Assembly (NCBI GenBank): GCA_047610025.1
Contig: JBLFZA010000150.1
Location: forward strand, 1-11,114
Length of the DNA stretch: 11,114 nt
From: Bradymonadia bacterium
Lineage (GTDB): Bacteria; Myxococcota_A; Bradymonadia; REDH01
Reading direction: 5' to 3'
Shown here: positions 1 to 8,038 of the stretch, in pieces
How the letters are laid out: every line of letters begins with the position of its first letter
How positions within the stretch are numbered: the stretch's first letter is position 1
Program-made: the position numbers and the translations under genes
Notes under the pieces: generated by a model
Seen by the model: the letters and a program-made list of their open reading frames with translations, nothing else
Told to the model about the DNA's origin: nothing
Database searches by the model: none

Positions 1-344
1 CTGACTACGGGTGGGCGCTCTTGCCGCAATATACCTTCGAGCCAGAGACGGGCCTGTGGCGTCACCTCGCACACAGCTCGGCCGACGTGGCCAGCTTGTT
101 TGACATCTCGTTCGATAGCGGTCGCTTGGAGTTCCCGAGCTTTCACGCGACGCAACCCGAGCGCGTGTTGCCTGGTTATCTCGATGAGGCACGCACGGTT
201 CTTAAAGCGGCGGTAGCGAGTACCGCACACGTCGATTTGCCGCGACATGAGCTCGGAGCCGACTTCGAGTCGCTGAGGTGGTTTCCGCTGCCACAGGATG
301 CTATGAACGCGCCATGCGGGCACGCGCTCACCGGAGAGCGCTAG
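1..344 (+). CDS. Hypothetical protein, 3' partial (gene starts upstream of the window)
   Basis: The frame stays open from position 3 to the stop codon at 342-344. The listed TTG at 21 is probably internal. A 30-bp gap separates it from the next gene on the same strand. No motif recognised. Confidence 0.4.
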   Translation, partial: DYGWALLPQYTFEPETGLWRHLAHSSADVASLFDISFDSGRLEFPSFHATQPERVLPGYLDEARTVLKAAVASTAHVDLPRHELGADFESLRWFPLPQDAMNAPCGHALTGER

Positions 345-374
345 CGGGCCCGCTCACCCATCCGGAGGGACGGT

Positions 375-1523
375 ATGAGGCGGTCGAGTTTCAAGGTGCA
401 CTTTGAGGATGGGCGAGTTGAGGCACTCACGCGAGATGAAATCCGCGCGAGGTTGACCGTCGGCGAGCTGACCAATCGAGACGCGATCTCAATCGCGAAC
501 GGGCGTCCCAAGCAGCCCGGGGCATTCCCCGCCTTCTCCGATGTAGCGCCACCGGTCACGAGCGAATACCCGGTGGTTGGCGGTGCGGAGAAGAAACAGG
601 GGGCCTCGAGAGGATCATCGTCGTCCGGGGCTGCCACCCGTCTGCAGCAGTCGGCGCCGACGAGCCGTCGCACTACCTCATCAATGCGTAGTGCGACCAC
701 AAGCGGCGCGCGGGCTGTGCAGAGAGCGTCGCTGCGCCCGCCCTCCGTCACAGACGCTGCCAGCTCCCGCCGCGTGGTCCATGACGTGCGCGCTAGTGGG
801 GCGTCGAGCAGAGGGAGCGCAACGGCACCGAAAGTGATGTCGACCGACGTGATGGTGGCGGTGCTCGACTGGGGAGAGCCAATCCCGCTTGAAATGTTCA
901 GCGGCTCTATCGCGGAACTGCGAGAGAGACTTTGGCGCTCTCCACCGCCGGCGATCGTAGGCTGTGACGCGCTCGCGGGTCGCCACACCGCGGTCCGATC
1001 CGCCGCAGAGCGACAGTCGATGATCCGGACTCGTCTCGACGAGAAACCGAACGCCGGCGACCGCATCTTGCTCGAAGATTGCAAGTCGATGATCGACCTG
1101 TCGCTGCGCATTGTGACGCAGCCGGCCAAGTGGCGAGAATGGCAACAGCGATGTCGAGACGACGGCACGCCCGTCAGCATTGGTGTCTTCGGAAAGATAC
1201 AACAGCGAAATCGAACGGGCAGCGCGCCGCGGTCGGTCAAGCAGTCCACGCCCGAGTCGGACGACGTCGAGGCGCGGCTACGCAGAATGAAACGGCTACA
1301 TCCGCAAATGGACGAAGCGGGCCTCCGCATGTTGGTGGCAGCCGGTGCCGATATGTTCGAGGACTCTGGGTCCGCGAAACGCGTTGTGAAGGGCACAAAG
1401 AAGGGGGGCTCGTCAAAGAACAAGTCGACAACGCCCGCTCCGATCAGTGATGGGAAGGCGAAGGCCGGTTTCTTGGAGCTCCCTCCGTGGCTGTCAGGGC
1501 TCTTCGGCAAGAAGAAGGGCTAA
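375..1523 (+). CDS. Hypothetical protein (382 aa) with GYF-like N-terminal segment, Ser/Ala/Arg-rich low-complexity middle and C-terminal globular part
   Basis: ATG is preceded by GGAGGGA at a 5-nt spacing. Third codon positions are strongly G/C, as expected for coding in this genome. N-terminal FKVHFEDGRVEALTRDEIRARLTVGEL loosely follows the DUF4339/GYF-like pattern (by eye only). The competing antisense ORF 341..1510 translates to Cys/Ser/Arg-rich junk. Confidence 0.55.
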   Translation: MRRSSFKVHFEDGRVEALTRDEIRARLTVGELTNRDAISIANGRPKQPGAFPAFSDVAPPVTSEYPVVGGAEKKQGASRGSSSSGAATRLQQSAPTSRRTTSSMRSATTSGARAVQRASLRPPSVTDAASSRRVVHDVRASGASSRGSATAPKVMSTDVMVAVLDWGEPIPLEMFSGSIAELRERLWRSPPPAIVGCDALAGRHTAVRSAAERQSMIRTRLDEKPNAGDRILLEDCKSMIDLSLRIVTQPAKWREWQQRCRDDGTPVSIGVFGKIQQRNRTGSAPRSVKQSTPESDDVEARLRRMKRLHPQMDEAGLRMLVAAGADMFEDSGSAKRVVKGTKKGGSSKNKSTTPAPISDGKAKAGFLELPPWLSGLFGKKKG

Positions 1524-1539
1524 GCTGGCGAATCGGCCG

Positions 1540-2670
1540 CTAGCCCGGGCCGCTGCCTCGTTCGTCGGCGTCGAGCTCGGTGCGCAGTCGTTCGTAGCTA
1601 TCGAGGCGGCGCACCGGCAGCGAACCGTCCTCAACGGCTGCGCGAACCGCACAGTCGGGCTCCGACGCGTGAGCACAGTCGTTGAATCGGCAGCGCGTCG
1701 CTAACGTCGCGATGTCATCATACGCCAAGTTCAATTGTTCGATGCTGACGCGCCACATGCCGAAGCCTCGAACGCCTGGGGTGTCGATGAGTAGCGTGTT
1801 GTCTGGCAAGCGATGCAGCGTGGCGCGCGTCGTCGTATGTCGTCCTTTTCCAATGGCTTCGCTGACTTCGCCTGTCTCGAGCAAGAGTCCGGGGTGCAGC
1901 ACGTTGGCCAGCGAAGACTTGCCGACGCCGCTTTGGCCAACGAACGCGAAGGTCTCGCCTCGAAGTGCGTCCCGTAGCTCCGAGATGCCGCTCAGCGTCT
2001 CCGCTGACGTCTGGAACAGCGTGAGCATATCGAAGGTCTCGAGAGTCGATCTCGCGTCATCGAGCGCGGCTCCCGTGAGGTCGCACTTGTTCAAGCACAC
2101 GAAGAGCTTGGCTCCGCCGCTCATGCACGCGACCCGCATTCGGTCGATGAGGCGATCGCGAAATGGCGGATCGTCTGGCGTGACGACGAGCACCACCACG
2201 TCGATGTTTGCGACGATGACGCGCTGCAGACCCGCGTGGATAGGGTCCGGGCGAGAGAGGGAGCTTCTTCGCGCGAGAACGTCCGCGACGACACGCTGAC
2301 CATCATCATTCTGTGTGAGCCGAACCCAGTCACCGACCGCGAGGGCCGACTGCTGCACCTCGAAAATGCGCCGAGGGAGCGCGGCGAACGCCTCTTCACC
2401 GTCCACGTCGACGACGCACTGTCCGGCGTACACGCCGATGACGAGACCCTTCGTGTACTCGCCTTCATCGGACAGAGCTGCCCGCTGTTGAAGGAGTCGT
2501 ATCTCATACTCAAGGAGGGCATTTGGCCCGTCGTCGCTTCGCTTCCGTCGGCGGCTTCGACGCGACCGCTCAAGGTCGCGCAGCGACAGGGCGTCACGCC
2601 GCAGAGCATCCCGCCTTTTGCGAGAAAGACGCTTGAGAACCCCGAGCCAATGGCTTCGCTCGTCAGCCAT
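1540..2670 (-). CDS. rsgA: Ribosome small subunit-dependent GTPase A (RsgA/YjeQ)
   Basis: Circularly permuted GTPase motif order: NKCDL (G4), then VGQSGVGKSSL (G1), then DTPG (G3). C-terminal zinc knuckle CRFNDCAHASEPDC. N-terminal OB region GLVIGVYAGQCVVDVDGEE. About 65-aa Arg-rich N-terminal extension, as in E. coli RsgA. Confidence 0.9.
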   Translation of the reverse strand: MADERSHWLGVLKRLSRKRRDALRRDALSLRDLERSRRSRRRKRSDDGPNALLEYEIRLLQQRAALSDEGEYTKGLVIGVYAGQCVVDVDGEEAFAALPRRIFEVQQSALAVGDWVRLTQNDDGQRVVADVLARRSSLSRPDPIHAGLQRVIVANIDVVVLVVTPDDPPFRDRLIDRMRVACMSGGAKLFVCLNKCDLTGAALDDARSTLETFDMLTLFQTSAETLSGISELRDALRGETFAFVGQSGVGKSSLANVLHPGLLLETGEVSEAIGKGRHTTTRATLHRLPDNTLLIDTPGVRGFGMWRVSIEQLNLAYDDIATLATRCRFNDCAHASEPDCAVRAAVEDGSLPVRRLDSYERLRTELDADERGSGPG

Positions 2671-2786
2671 GAGGCAGCAGTATGGTCATAGGCAGCGCGA
2701 TAGGGCGAAAGCGCGTCGATGCGCTACGGCACGGTCTAGGCTGCTCGGTCGAGGCGTGTCCAGCGCATCTCACCGCGGCTGCCCGA

Positions 2787-3341
2787 CTAAGCAGCTTCCG
2801 AGACGAGAGCGGAGGCCGCTCTCGCAGCCTTTCTCTCAATCGCCGATCGGTTGCGGGCCGCGTCTTGCTTGGCACGCCAGGTACCCAGATAGGGCCGGTG
2901 CGTGCCCATGATGATGTCGCACCAAGGTCGCGTCACGCACCAATTGGCGTGCTGATTCGTGCCCATGTGATGATCGTAGTGCCACGTTAGATGTACCTTC
3001 GCCCACTCGGGATCGAGATGCGAGCGCCGGTGACGAACATAGTAGTTTGCGGCGCTGTACCAAAGCCCGCCAACGAACCAAGGCGCGACGGGCAAGAGGG
3101 GCAGAAACGCGGCGGAGCCCAATGCAATCGCGGCAGCCTCCTTCCCTTGGCCATTCCACTGCAAGACCGAGCCGTTGTAATCGTCGTCGATGTGCGCGTG
3201 CTTACGGCAGGCCCGGTGGTGGGTGTGCCAGTGAAACGACCAGAAGCTGCCCTTCACCTTGCCGAGGCCATGGAGGACATGTTTGTGAACAACCCACTCC
3301 GTGGCGTTGGCTGCTGCGATGCCGACGAGCGCTCCGAACAT
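2787..3341 (-). CDS. Fatty-acid hydroxylase / sterol desaturase superfamily protein, CrtZ (beta-carotene hydroxylase)-like, 184 aa
   Basis: Four histidine boxes in the CrtZ-like order: HKHVLHG, HWHTHH, HRRSH, HYDHHMG. Hydrophobic segments between them. AAAGAGG ribosome-binding site 5 nt before the ATG. A locally AT-rich promoter region lies upstream. Confidence 0.7.
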   Translation of the reverse strand: MFGALVGIAAANATEWVVHKHVLHGLGKVKGSFWSFHWHTHHRACRKHAHIDDDYNGSVLQWNGQGKEAAAIALGSAAFLPLLPVAPWFVGGLWYSAANYYVRHRRSHLDPEWAKVHLTWHYDHHMGTNQHANWCVTRPWCDIIMGTHRPYLGTWRAKQDAARNRSAIERKAARAASALVSEAA

Positions 3342-3352
3342 AGAACCTCTTT

Positions 3353-3378
3353 AAAAGATGACTGCCCGGTCATCTTTT
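3353..3378. promoter_or_regulatory. Perfect inverted repeat AAAAGATGAC-N6-GTCATCTTTT; putative TetR operator in the divergent promoter region
   Basis: Arms 3353-3362 and 3369-3378 are exact reverse complements. It lies in the only AT-rich stretch nearby, between the hydroxylase start (3341, minus) and the TetR start (3358, plus), and overlaps the TetR ATG. Confidence 0.5.
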
Positions 3379-3735
3379 GGGGTGCGTCCGGTCTCATGTC
3401 CAACACAGCCCCCAAAGAACAACTCGCTCGCTCCGCGAAAACGGCCCGGCTCGCCCGATGGAGCGCGTGCGCGAAATCGCGCCGTTCGGATGGCGGCGAT
3501 CGAGAGCGCGACGCTCGAGCTCGTTCGTGCCAGCGGAGTCGCGGGCACGACGATCGCTGAGATCTGTTCGACCGCAGGCATCGCCAAAGGCAGCTTCTAC
3601 CGATACTTCGAGAGCAAGGCGTCGGTTGGGAGTCTCTCCTCGCACCGCTCGCGACAGCGATCGATGAGGCGGGAGACCTCGCGGCCGCTCAGGATGGCGT
3701 CGGCATGCGACGCCGCGTCCGTTAGCGCTGCCTAG
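3358..3735 (+). pseudogene. TetR/AcrR-family regulator, N-terminal HTH fragment ending at an in-frame stop (gene appears disrupted)
   Basis: PRKRPG...RAVRMAAIESATLELVRASGVAGTTIAEICSTAGIAKGSFYRYFESK is a canonical TetR_N helix-turn-helix. After FESKAS the frame becomes Ser/Arg-rich nonsense. A TetR-like helix (ESLLAPLATAIDEAGDLAAAQDG) continues in the -1 frame from about 3630, and that frame stops at 3723. Confidence 0.6.
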
Positions 3736-3765
3736 GCGTCGCTCGCGACACGACTCGCTCCGGCG

Positions 3766-4071
3766 ATGTTTCAGCACGCGAGCGCTGTGCAGCCCTACCT
3801 TGGTGAGTGCCGGGCACCCGCCCATCCGGATCGTTCGCCGGTGCTGAAGCTGCGCGATCGCGTCGCTGCCCTGGCGCTGCGCCTCGCGGTGGCTGCGCAG
3901 GCGACTGGAGCGCTCAAGTCAATGGACCCGCGGGTCAGCGCCCTCATCGTCGTGGGGACGGTGGAGAGCCTCGCGTTGGCGCTCTACGACGACCCTGATC
4001 TGCCTGATCCAAGTACTGTCATCGTGCAATTGATAGAGATCTTGCTCGACGGAGTGTTCAACGACGGGTAG
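3766..4071 (+). pseudogene. TetR-family regulator, C-terminal ligand-binding-domain fragment (same frame as the HTH fragment, separated from it by the stop at 3733-3735)
   Basis: RVSALIVVGTVESLALALYDDPD...VIVQLIEILLDGV is typical of a TetR C-terminus. HTH + shifted helix + this piece total about 215 aa, the normal size of one TetR protein. Confidence 0.5.
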
Positions 4072-4108
4072 AGCGCCGCGCGACTGAACGATCCCATCGA
4101 GCAAAGAC

Positions 4109-5884
4109 ATGACTGAACTGCGCAACGTCGCCATCATCGCCCACGTTGACCACGGTAAAACAACCCTGGTCGACGAGCTCTTCAAGCAAAGCGGCATGTT
4201 CCGAGACAACGAGAAAGTTGTCGAGCGAATGATGGACTCGATGGACCTCGAGAAGGAACGAGGCATCACCATTTCGTCGAAGACGGGTGGCTTCGAATAC
4301 AAGGACACGCGGATCAACATCATTGATACGCCCGGCCACGCCGACTTCGGTGGACAGGTTGAGCGCGTGTTGCGCATGGCTGACGGCGCTCTGCTCTTGG
4401 TGGATGCGCAGGAAGGCCCGATGCCCCAGACCTACTTCGTTCTGAAGAAGGCGCTGTCGTTTAACCTGCCTGTGATCGTCGTTATCAACAAGATTGATAA
4501 GCCGGCCGCTCGCTGCGACTGGGCCGTCGATCAGGTCTTCGACCTCTTCGTGAAGCTTGATGCGCCTGACCACATCATGGATTTCCCGGTAATCTACGCC
4601 TCGGCGAAGAACGGGTTCGCGCGCTACCAGCCTGGCGACGATAACGACACGCTTGAGCCGCTGCTCGACGAGATCATCGCAAAGATTCCGAAGCCGACAG
4701 GCGATCCGGAGGGGCCGCTGCAGATGCAGATCAGCTCCCTCGACTATTCGCCGTACCTCGGGCGCCTCGGCATCGGAAAGATCACGAACGGTCGACTGCG
4801 CACGAACAAAGACATCGCGATCGTTCGCCGTGACGGAAGCGTCGTCAGCTCTCGCATCAGCAAGATCTACCGCTTCGAAGCGAACGGCAAGGTGCCGGTC
4901 GAGTTCGCAGACGCCGGGGACATTGTCGCGGTCGCAGGTCGCGACGACATCACGGTCGGCGTCACGTACACCGAGAAGGACAATCCGCAGCCGCTGCCGC
5001 CGCTCGAGATCGACCCGCCCACGCTGGCGATGCACTTTGTGCCGAACGATTCGCCGTTCGCCGGTCTCGAAGGCGACTTCGTGACCAGCCGGCAGATCGA
5101 CGAGCGCCTGCAGCGAGAGACGCTCTCGGATGTCGCGCTCGAAGTCGAAGAACTCACGGAGTCCGTTGGCTTCCGCGTCGCAGGCCGCGGAGAATTGCAC
5201 CTCTCGATCTTGATCGAGCGCATGCGTCGCGAAGGCTTCGAGTTCCAAGTGACGCGACCGCAGGTCATCACGAAGGAAGTTGATGGCGTGACATTGGAGC
5301 CCTACGAGGACCTGACCATCGACGTCGATGAGCAGTTCATGGGCCGCGTCGTCGAGAAACTCGGCTCACGCCGCGGCAAGATGCTTTCGCTCGAACAGAG
5401 TGACGGTATGGCCCGCATCGTCTACCGGATCCCGACCCGCGGTATTCTCGGCTTCAAGTCCGAGTTCATGACCGACACGAAGGGCATGGGCACCATGGGC
5501 TATGTCTTTGCGGAGTACGGGCCCTGGGCCGGAGATATCCGCACCCGAAAGAATGGCGTGCTCGTTGCGAAGGAGGCGTGCAAAACCGCTGCTTACTCGC
5601 TCGGAACGCTCCAGGATCGCGGCATCCTCTTCGTGGGCCACGCCCTCGACGTGTACCGCGGCATGATCATTGGCGAGAACGCACGTAGCAACGACCTCGT
5701 TGTGAACCCGGGCAAGGCCAAGAAGCTGAGCAACATGCGCTCATCGGGCACCGACGACTCCGTCACGCTCGCTCCGCCACGCCAGATGACCCTCGAGGAC
5801 TGCATCTCGTTCATCGAGGATGACGAGCTGGTCGAGATCACGCCGAAGAACATCCGTCTTCGTAAGCGCGAAATGAAGCCCTAG
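4109..5884 (+). CDS. typA: Translational GTPase TypA/BipA (ribosome-binding 50S assembly / stress GTPase)
   Basis: N-terminus LRNVAIIAHVDHGKTTLVD (G1), DTPGHADF (G3), NKIDK (G4). 591 aa. EF-G-like domain order with the BipA-specific C-terminal domain. Confidence 0.95.
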   Translation: MTELRNVAIIAHVDHGKTTLVDELFKQSGMFRDNEKVVERMMDSMDLEKERGITISSKTGGFEYKDTRINIIDTPGHADFGGQVERVLRMADGALLLVDAQEGPMPQTYFVLKKALSFNLPVIVVINKIDKPAARCDWAVDQVFDLFVKLDAPDHIMDFPVIYASAKNGFARYQPGDDNDTLEPLLDEIIAKIPKPTGDPEGPLQMQISSLDYSPYLGRLGIGKITNGRLRTNKDIAIVRRDGSVVSSRISKIYRFEANGKVPVEFADAGDIVAVAGRDDITVGVTYTEKDNPQPLPPLEIDPPTLAMHFVPNDSPFAGLEGDFVTSRQIDERLQRETLSDVALEVEELTESVGFRVAGRGELHLSILIERMRREGFEFQVTRPQVITKEVDGVTLEPYEDLTIDVDEQFMGRVVEKLGSRRGKMLSLEQSDGMARIVYRIPTRGILGFKSEFMTDTKGMGTMGYVFAEYGPWAGDIRTRKNGVLVAKEACKTAAYSLGTLQDRGILFVGHALDVYRGMIIGENARSNDLVVNPGKAKKLSNMRSSGTDDSVTLAPPRQMTLEDCISFIEDDELVEITPKNIRLRKREMKP

Positions 5885-6012
5885 CTGCTGCTCGAGCGCC
5901 GGCAGGTCGCCGAGCTGAGTCCGGCCCACCCATCGTGGTGACCGGCGTTCAGCAGAGCGGCCGCGACGTTCGCCAAAGTCCGAGCACTAATCCTAGGGTG
6001 GGAAGGTCGCGA

Positions 6013-6045
6013 AGACAGGGCAGGGGCGAGGCCTCTGCCCCGTCT
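6013..6045. terminator. GC-rich hairpin (11-bp stem with one mismatch, 11-nt loop) between convergent typA and the membrane-protein gene; possible bidirectional terminator, no U-tract
   Basis: AGACAGGGCAG (6013-6023) pairs with CTGCCCCGTCT (6035-6045). Intrinsic terminators in high-GC genomes often lack a U-run. Confidence 0.3.
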
Positions 6046-6089
6046 CGGTGACGCGCGGCTACTGCCTGCGTTGCGTCGCCTGAACGCGC

Positions 6090-6131
6090 CTGCGCAGCGT
6101 CTCCGCGTGTACCCCCTTCTGCGCAGCGTCT
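6090..6131. repeat. 13-bp perfect direct repeat CTGCGCAGCGTCT x2 (6090-6102 and 6119-6131), 29-bp period; the second copy overlaps the stop codon of the membrane-protein gene
   Basis: Exact match read from the sequence. The surrounding spacer also carries GCCTGCG at 6064 and 6088. Confidence 0.4.
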
Positions 6132-7284
6132 AGGCCTCTGGGCCCTTCCACGCTGCCATGATGCGTTTGTACTCGCTCCGCTCCCGTCGCCGGTCGAAGG
6201 CGCTACGCAGCAGGATGTAGCCCACGACGGCTGCGAGGGCCATCAGCGCTGGGGAATGCAGCACGACGCTGACGCTCGCCACGACGGCCGCGATCAGGAG
6301 GGCGACCACGGCGAAGAGCAGGCCGACGCCCCATTGGGCAATTGTGCCAACCGGGGGAATGACGCTGAGCACGACGAGCACGGGGCCGACGATCATCATG
6401 AGTCCAAACCAAATGGCGAAGGCGCCGCCGAGTCGGCCGATCCAGAGCGAGATCGTGTAAAGCGAGTGCGCAGCTTGGAGAGTGTCGTCGCGCGTTCCCG
6501 GGCTGACGAGTGTAATACCGAAGCCATCGACCCACTCGTGTGGTGCCAGCGTGCCTTGGCGCGCGTCAGCAAACGCGGTTACGATGGTTCCAACGGGGAC
6601 AACGACAAACTGCACGCGCTGCTCGCCGAGCTCAGGCGCGTCCGGCGACACCTGCGACGGATACCACCAGCCGTCATCGATGAGCGTCAGGTCCGCACCA
6701 GTGGGCGTCCAACGTACCTCCGACGGGGACAAGGGGCGCCCGGCGAGCAAGAGGGCGGAGCCGGGATCATACGGCCAAGCCCCAACGCGGGCCGTTTCAC
6801 TCGCGGAGACCTCTGTGCGCCAGGCTGGGCGAAGGTTCTCGTGGCCGTCGGGGTGCCGGAACGAGGACGCTGGCATGGGATCAACAACCCAACTCATCTC
6901 GTAAGAGACGACCGTCTCGATTTGACGACCGCCTCCCCATCGTCGGCTGGACGACTCCACAATGGTCTCGGCCCACGCGTAGGTTTGGGCGACGCGTACC
7001 ACCTGAACAAAGGCGCCGGGCTCGAAGAATACGGCGTCGCCGATGGCCTCGTCGCTACCGAGGCTGCCAGTTACGGAGACGAACTCGCCCTCAAAGCCTC
7101 CAACGGTGTGCGCGGGAGCCACCTGTGACTCCTCAAGAACGTCCCGGAAGTCCGGCCGGGCTTCATTCTGAAAAAGAACGACACAGGCGAACGCGACGAG
7201 CTTTGCCCCTGCGGGGAAAAGAGCGATCGCTTCGGCGAGTAGAGAGCCGAGAGTGACGACGATGACTTCAACGAATCGGTGCAT
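6130..7284 (-). CDS. Membrane protein with TMEM43/DUF1625-like topology (N-terminal TM, about 250-aa extracytoplasmic domain, three C-terminal TMs), 384 aa
   Basis: The ORF is open to a GTG at 7557, but the first 91 codons are Arg/Ser-rich and overlap msrB. The internal ATG at 7282-7284 has GGAG 8 nt upstream and starts directly at the TM helix ([23 protein letters not shown]). FQNEAR after TM1 and [10 protein letters not shown] resemble the TMEM43 motifs TNEGR and YQWVET (from memory). Confidence 0.55.
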   Translation of the reverse strand: MHRFVEVIVVTLGSLLAEAIALFPAGAKLVAFACVVLFQNEARPDFRDVLEESQVAPAHTVGGFEGEFVSVTGSLGSDEAIGDAVFFEPGAFVQVVRVAQTYAWAETIVESSSRRWGGGRQIETVVSYEMSWVVDPMPASSFRHPDGHENLRPAWRTEVSASETARVGAWPYDPGSALLLAGRPLSPSEVRWTPTGADLTLIDDGWWYPSQVSPDAPELGEQRVQFVVVPVGTIVTAFADARQGTLAPHEWVDGFGITLVSPGTRDDTLQAAHSLYTISLWIGRLGGAFAIWFGLMMIVGPVLVVLSVIPPVGTIAQWGVGLLFAVVALLIAAVVASVSVVLHSPALMALAAVVGYILLRSAFDRRRERSEYKRIMAAWKGPEA

Positions 7285-7514
7285 GCGAGTTTCTCCATAC
7301 GCAGTCCTCCTATCTTGCGCACGAAGAGGGCCGGCGTCCATTGGGATGCACGACTCATCGCGACATCGCGCTTCAGACCGTCGGGTCGGAACTCGTGCGC
7401 GATCGTCGATTGGGGATTGCGAGACCGCCAGTCGTGCCGAACATCCAGTGTACTGAGCGAACGAGCATCCCCAACGCTGACGTCGCTTTTGGCCCATGTT
7501 CCACGGAGACCTTG

Positions 7515-7913
7515 ATGAGTAGCCCCCCAAAGAAGTCGGAGGCCGAGTGGCGAGCACAGCTGGACGCCGAGCAGTTTCGCGTCGCGCGACAGGCCGGTAC
7601 CGAGCGCCCGTTTACGGGCAAGTACTGGGACAACTTCAAGGACGGAGCCTACCGCTGCATTTGCTGCGGGGCAGGACTCTTCCAGTCGACGTCAAAGTTC
7701 GACGCGCACTGCGGATGGCCTAGCTTTGACCGCCCAGCAGAGGCCGCCCCTGTGAAGGAGATCCGGGATGTCAGCTTGGGAATGGTGCGAACGGAGGTCG
7801 TCTGTGGCGCGTGTGACGCGCATCTAGGTCACGTCTTCAACGACGGGCCGACCGAGACGGGCCAGCGTTACTGCATCAACTCCGCGTCCATCGACTTCGA
7901 AGAAACGCCATAG
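7515..7913 (+). CDS. msrB: Peptide-methionine (R)-S-oxide reductase MsrB (zinc-binding type)
   Basis: [12 protein letters not shown], two CxxC pairs (CICCGAGLF and [16 protein letters not shown]), catalytic RYCINS. The true start is the ATG at 7515 with GGAGA 5 nt upstream. The six-frame ORF starts at a TTG at 7341. Confidence 0.9.
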   Translation: MSSPPKKSEAEWRAQLDAEQFRVARQAGTERPFTGKYWDNFKDGAYRCICCGAGLFQSTSKFDAHCGWPSFDRPAEAAPVKEIRDVSLGMVRTEVVCGACDAHLGHVFNDGPTETGQRYCINSASIDFEETP

Positions 7914-7944
7914 CGCACTCACACGTGAGCCCGCAAACCGCAGG

Positions 7945-7966
7945 GGCCGTTGCTGAATCAACGGTC
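7945..7966. terminator. Short hairpin GCCGTTG-ctgaat-CAACGGTC, 32 nt after the msrB stop; possible terminator or operator overlapping a weak promoter-like TTGCTG-N17-TAACCT
   Basis: 6-bp perfect stem (7947-7952 / 7959-7964), extendable to 8 bp with a G-U pair. No U-tract. Confidence 0.2.
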
Positions 7967-8038
7967 GCCTAGTAACCTATCGCACGACCAGAACATGTGG
8001 CTCCACCCCCCGTTCGCCTGCACTCTAGGGACTGAGCT

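Noticed and set aside
341-1510. 389-aa minus-strand ORF fully overlapping the 375..1523 plus-strand gene
   Set aside because: The translation is Cys/Ser/Arg-rich with no domain-like segments and no ribosome-binding site. This is the typical antisense shadow ORF of a high-GC gene, and the plus-strand ORF has a strong RBS. A low-confidence alternative is noted in findings.
2121-2691. Plus- and minus-strand ORFs (2236..2691 +, 2121..2609 -, 1682..2299 +) inside rsgA
   Set aside because: They overlap the rsgA coding frame, which has clear GTPase motifs. None has a recognisable motif.
2991-3560. 189-aa plus-strand ORF antisense to the hydroxylase gene, plus overlapping ORFs 2836..3159 - and 3047..3343 +
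   Set aside because: Antisense to the His-box hydroxylase. Only its last codons reach the TetR region. The TetR HTH is clearly in frame 1, not in this frame.
3647-3750. 10-bp direct repeat GCTCGCGACA (3647 and 3741) flanking the out-of-frame part of the TetR gene, considered as insertion or duplication scars
   Set aside because: The match does not extend beyond 11 bp, and GC-rich decamers recur by chance at this composition. There is not enough evidence for an insertion event.
4058-5248. 396-aa minus-strand ORF antisense to typA
   Set aside because: It lies entirely inside the confidently identified typA/bipA gene. Its Arg/Leu/Asp-rich composition is characteristic of an antisense frame.
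6256-7128. 290-aa plus-strand ORF antisense to the TMEM43-like gene
   Set aside because: His/Asp/Arg/Gly-rich low-complexity translation. The minus-strand frame has coherent TM helices and conserved motifs.
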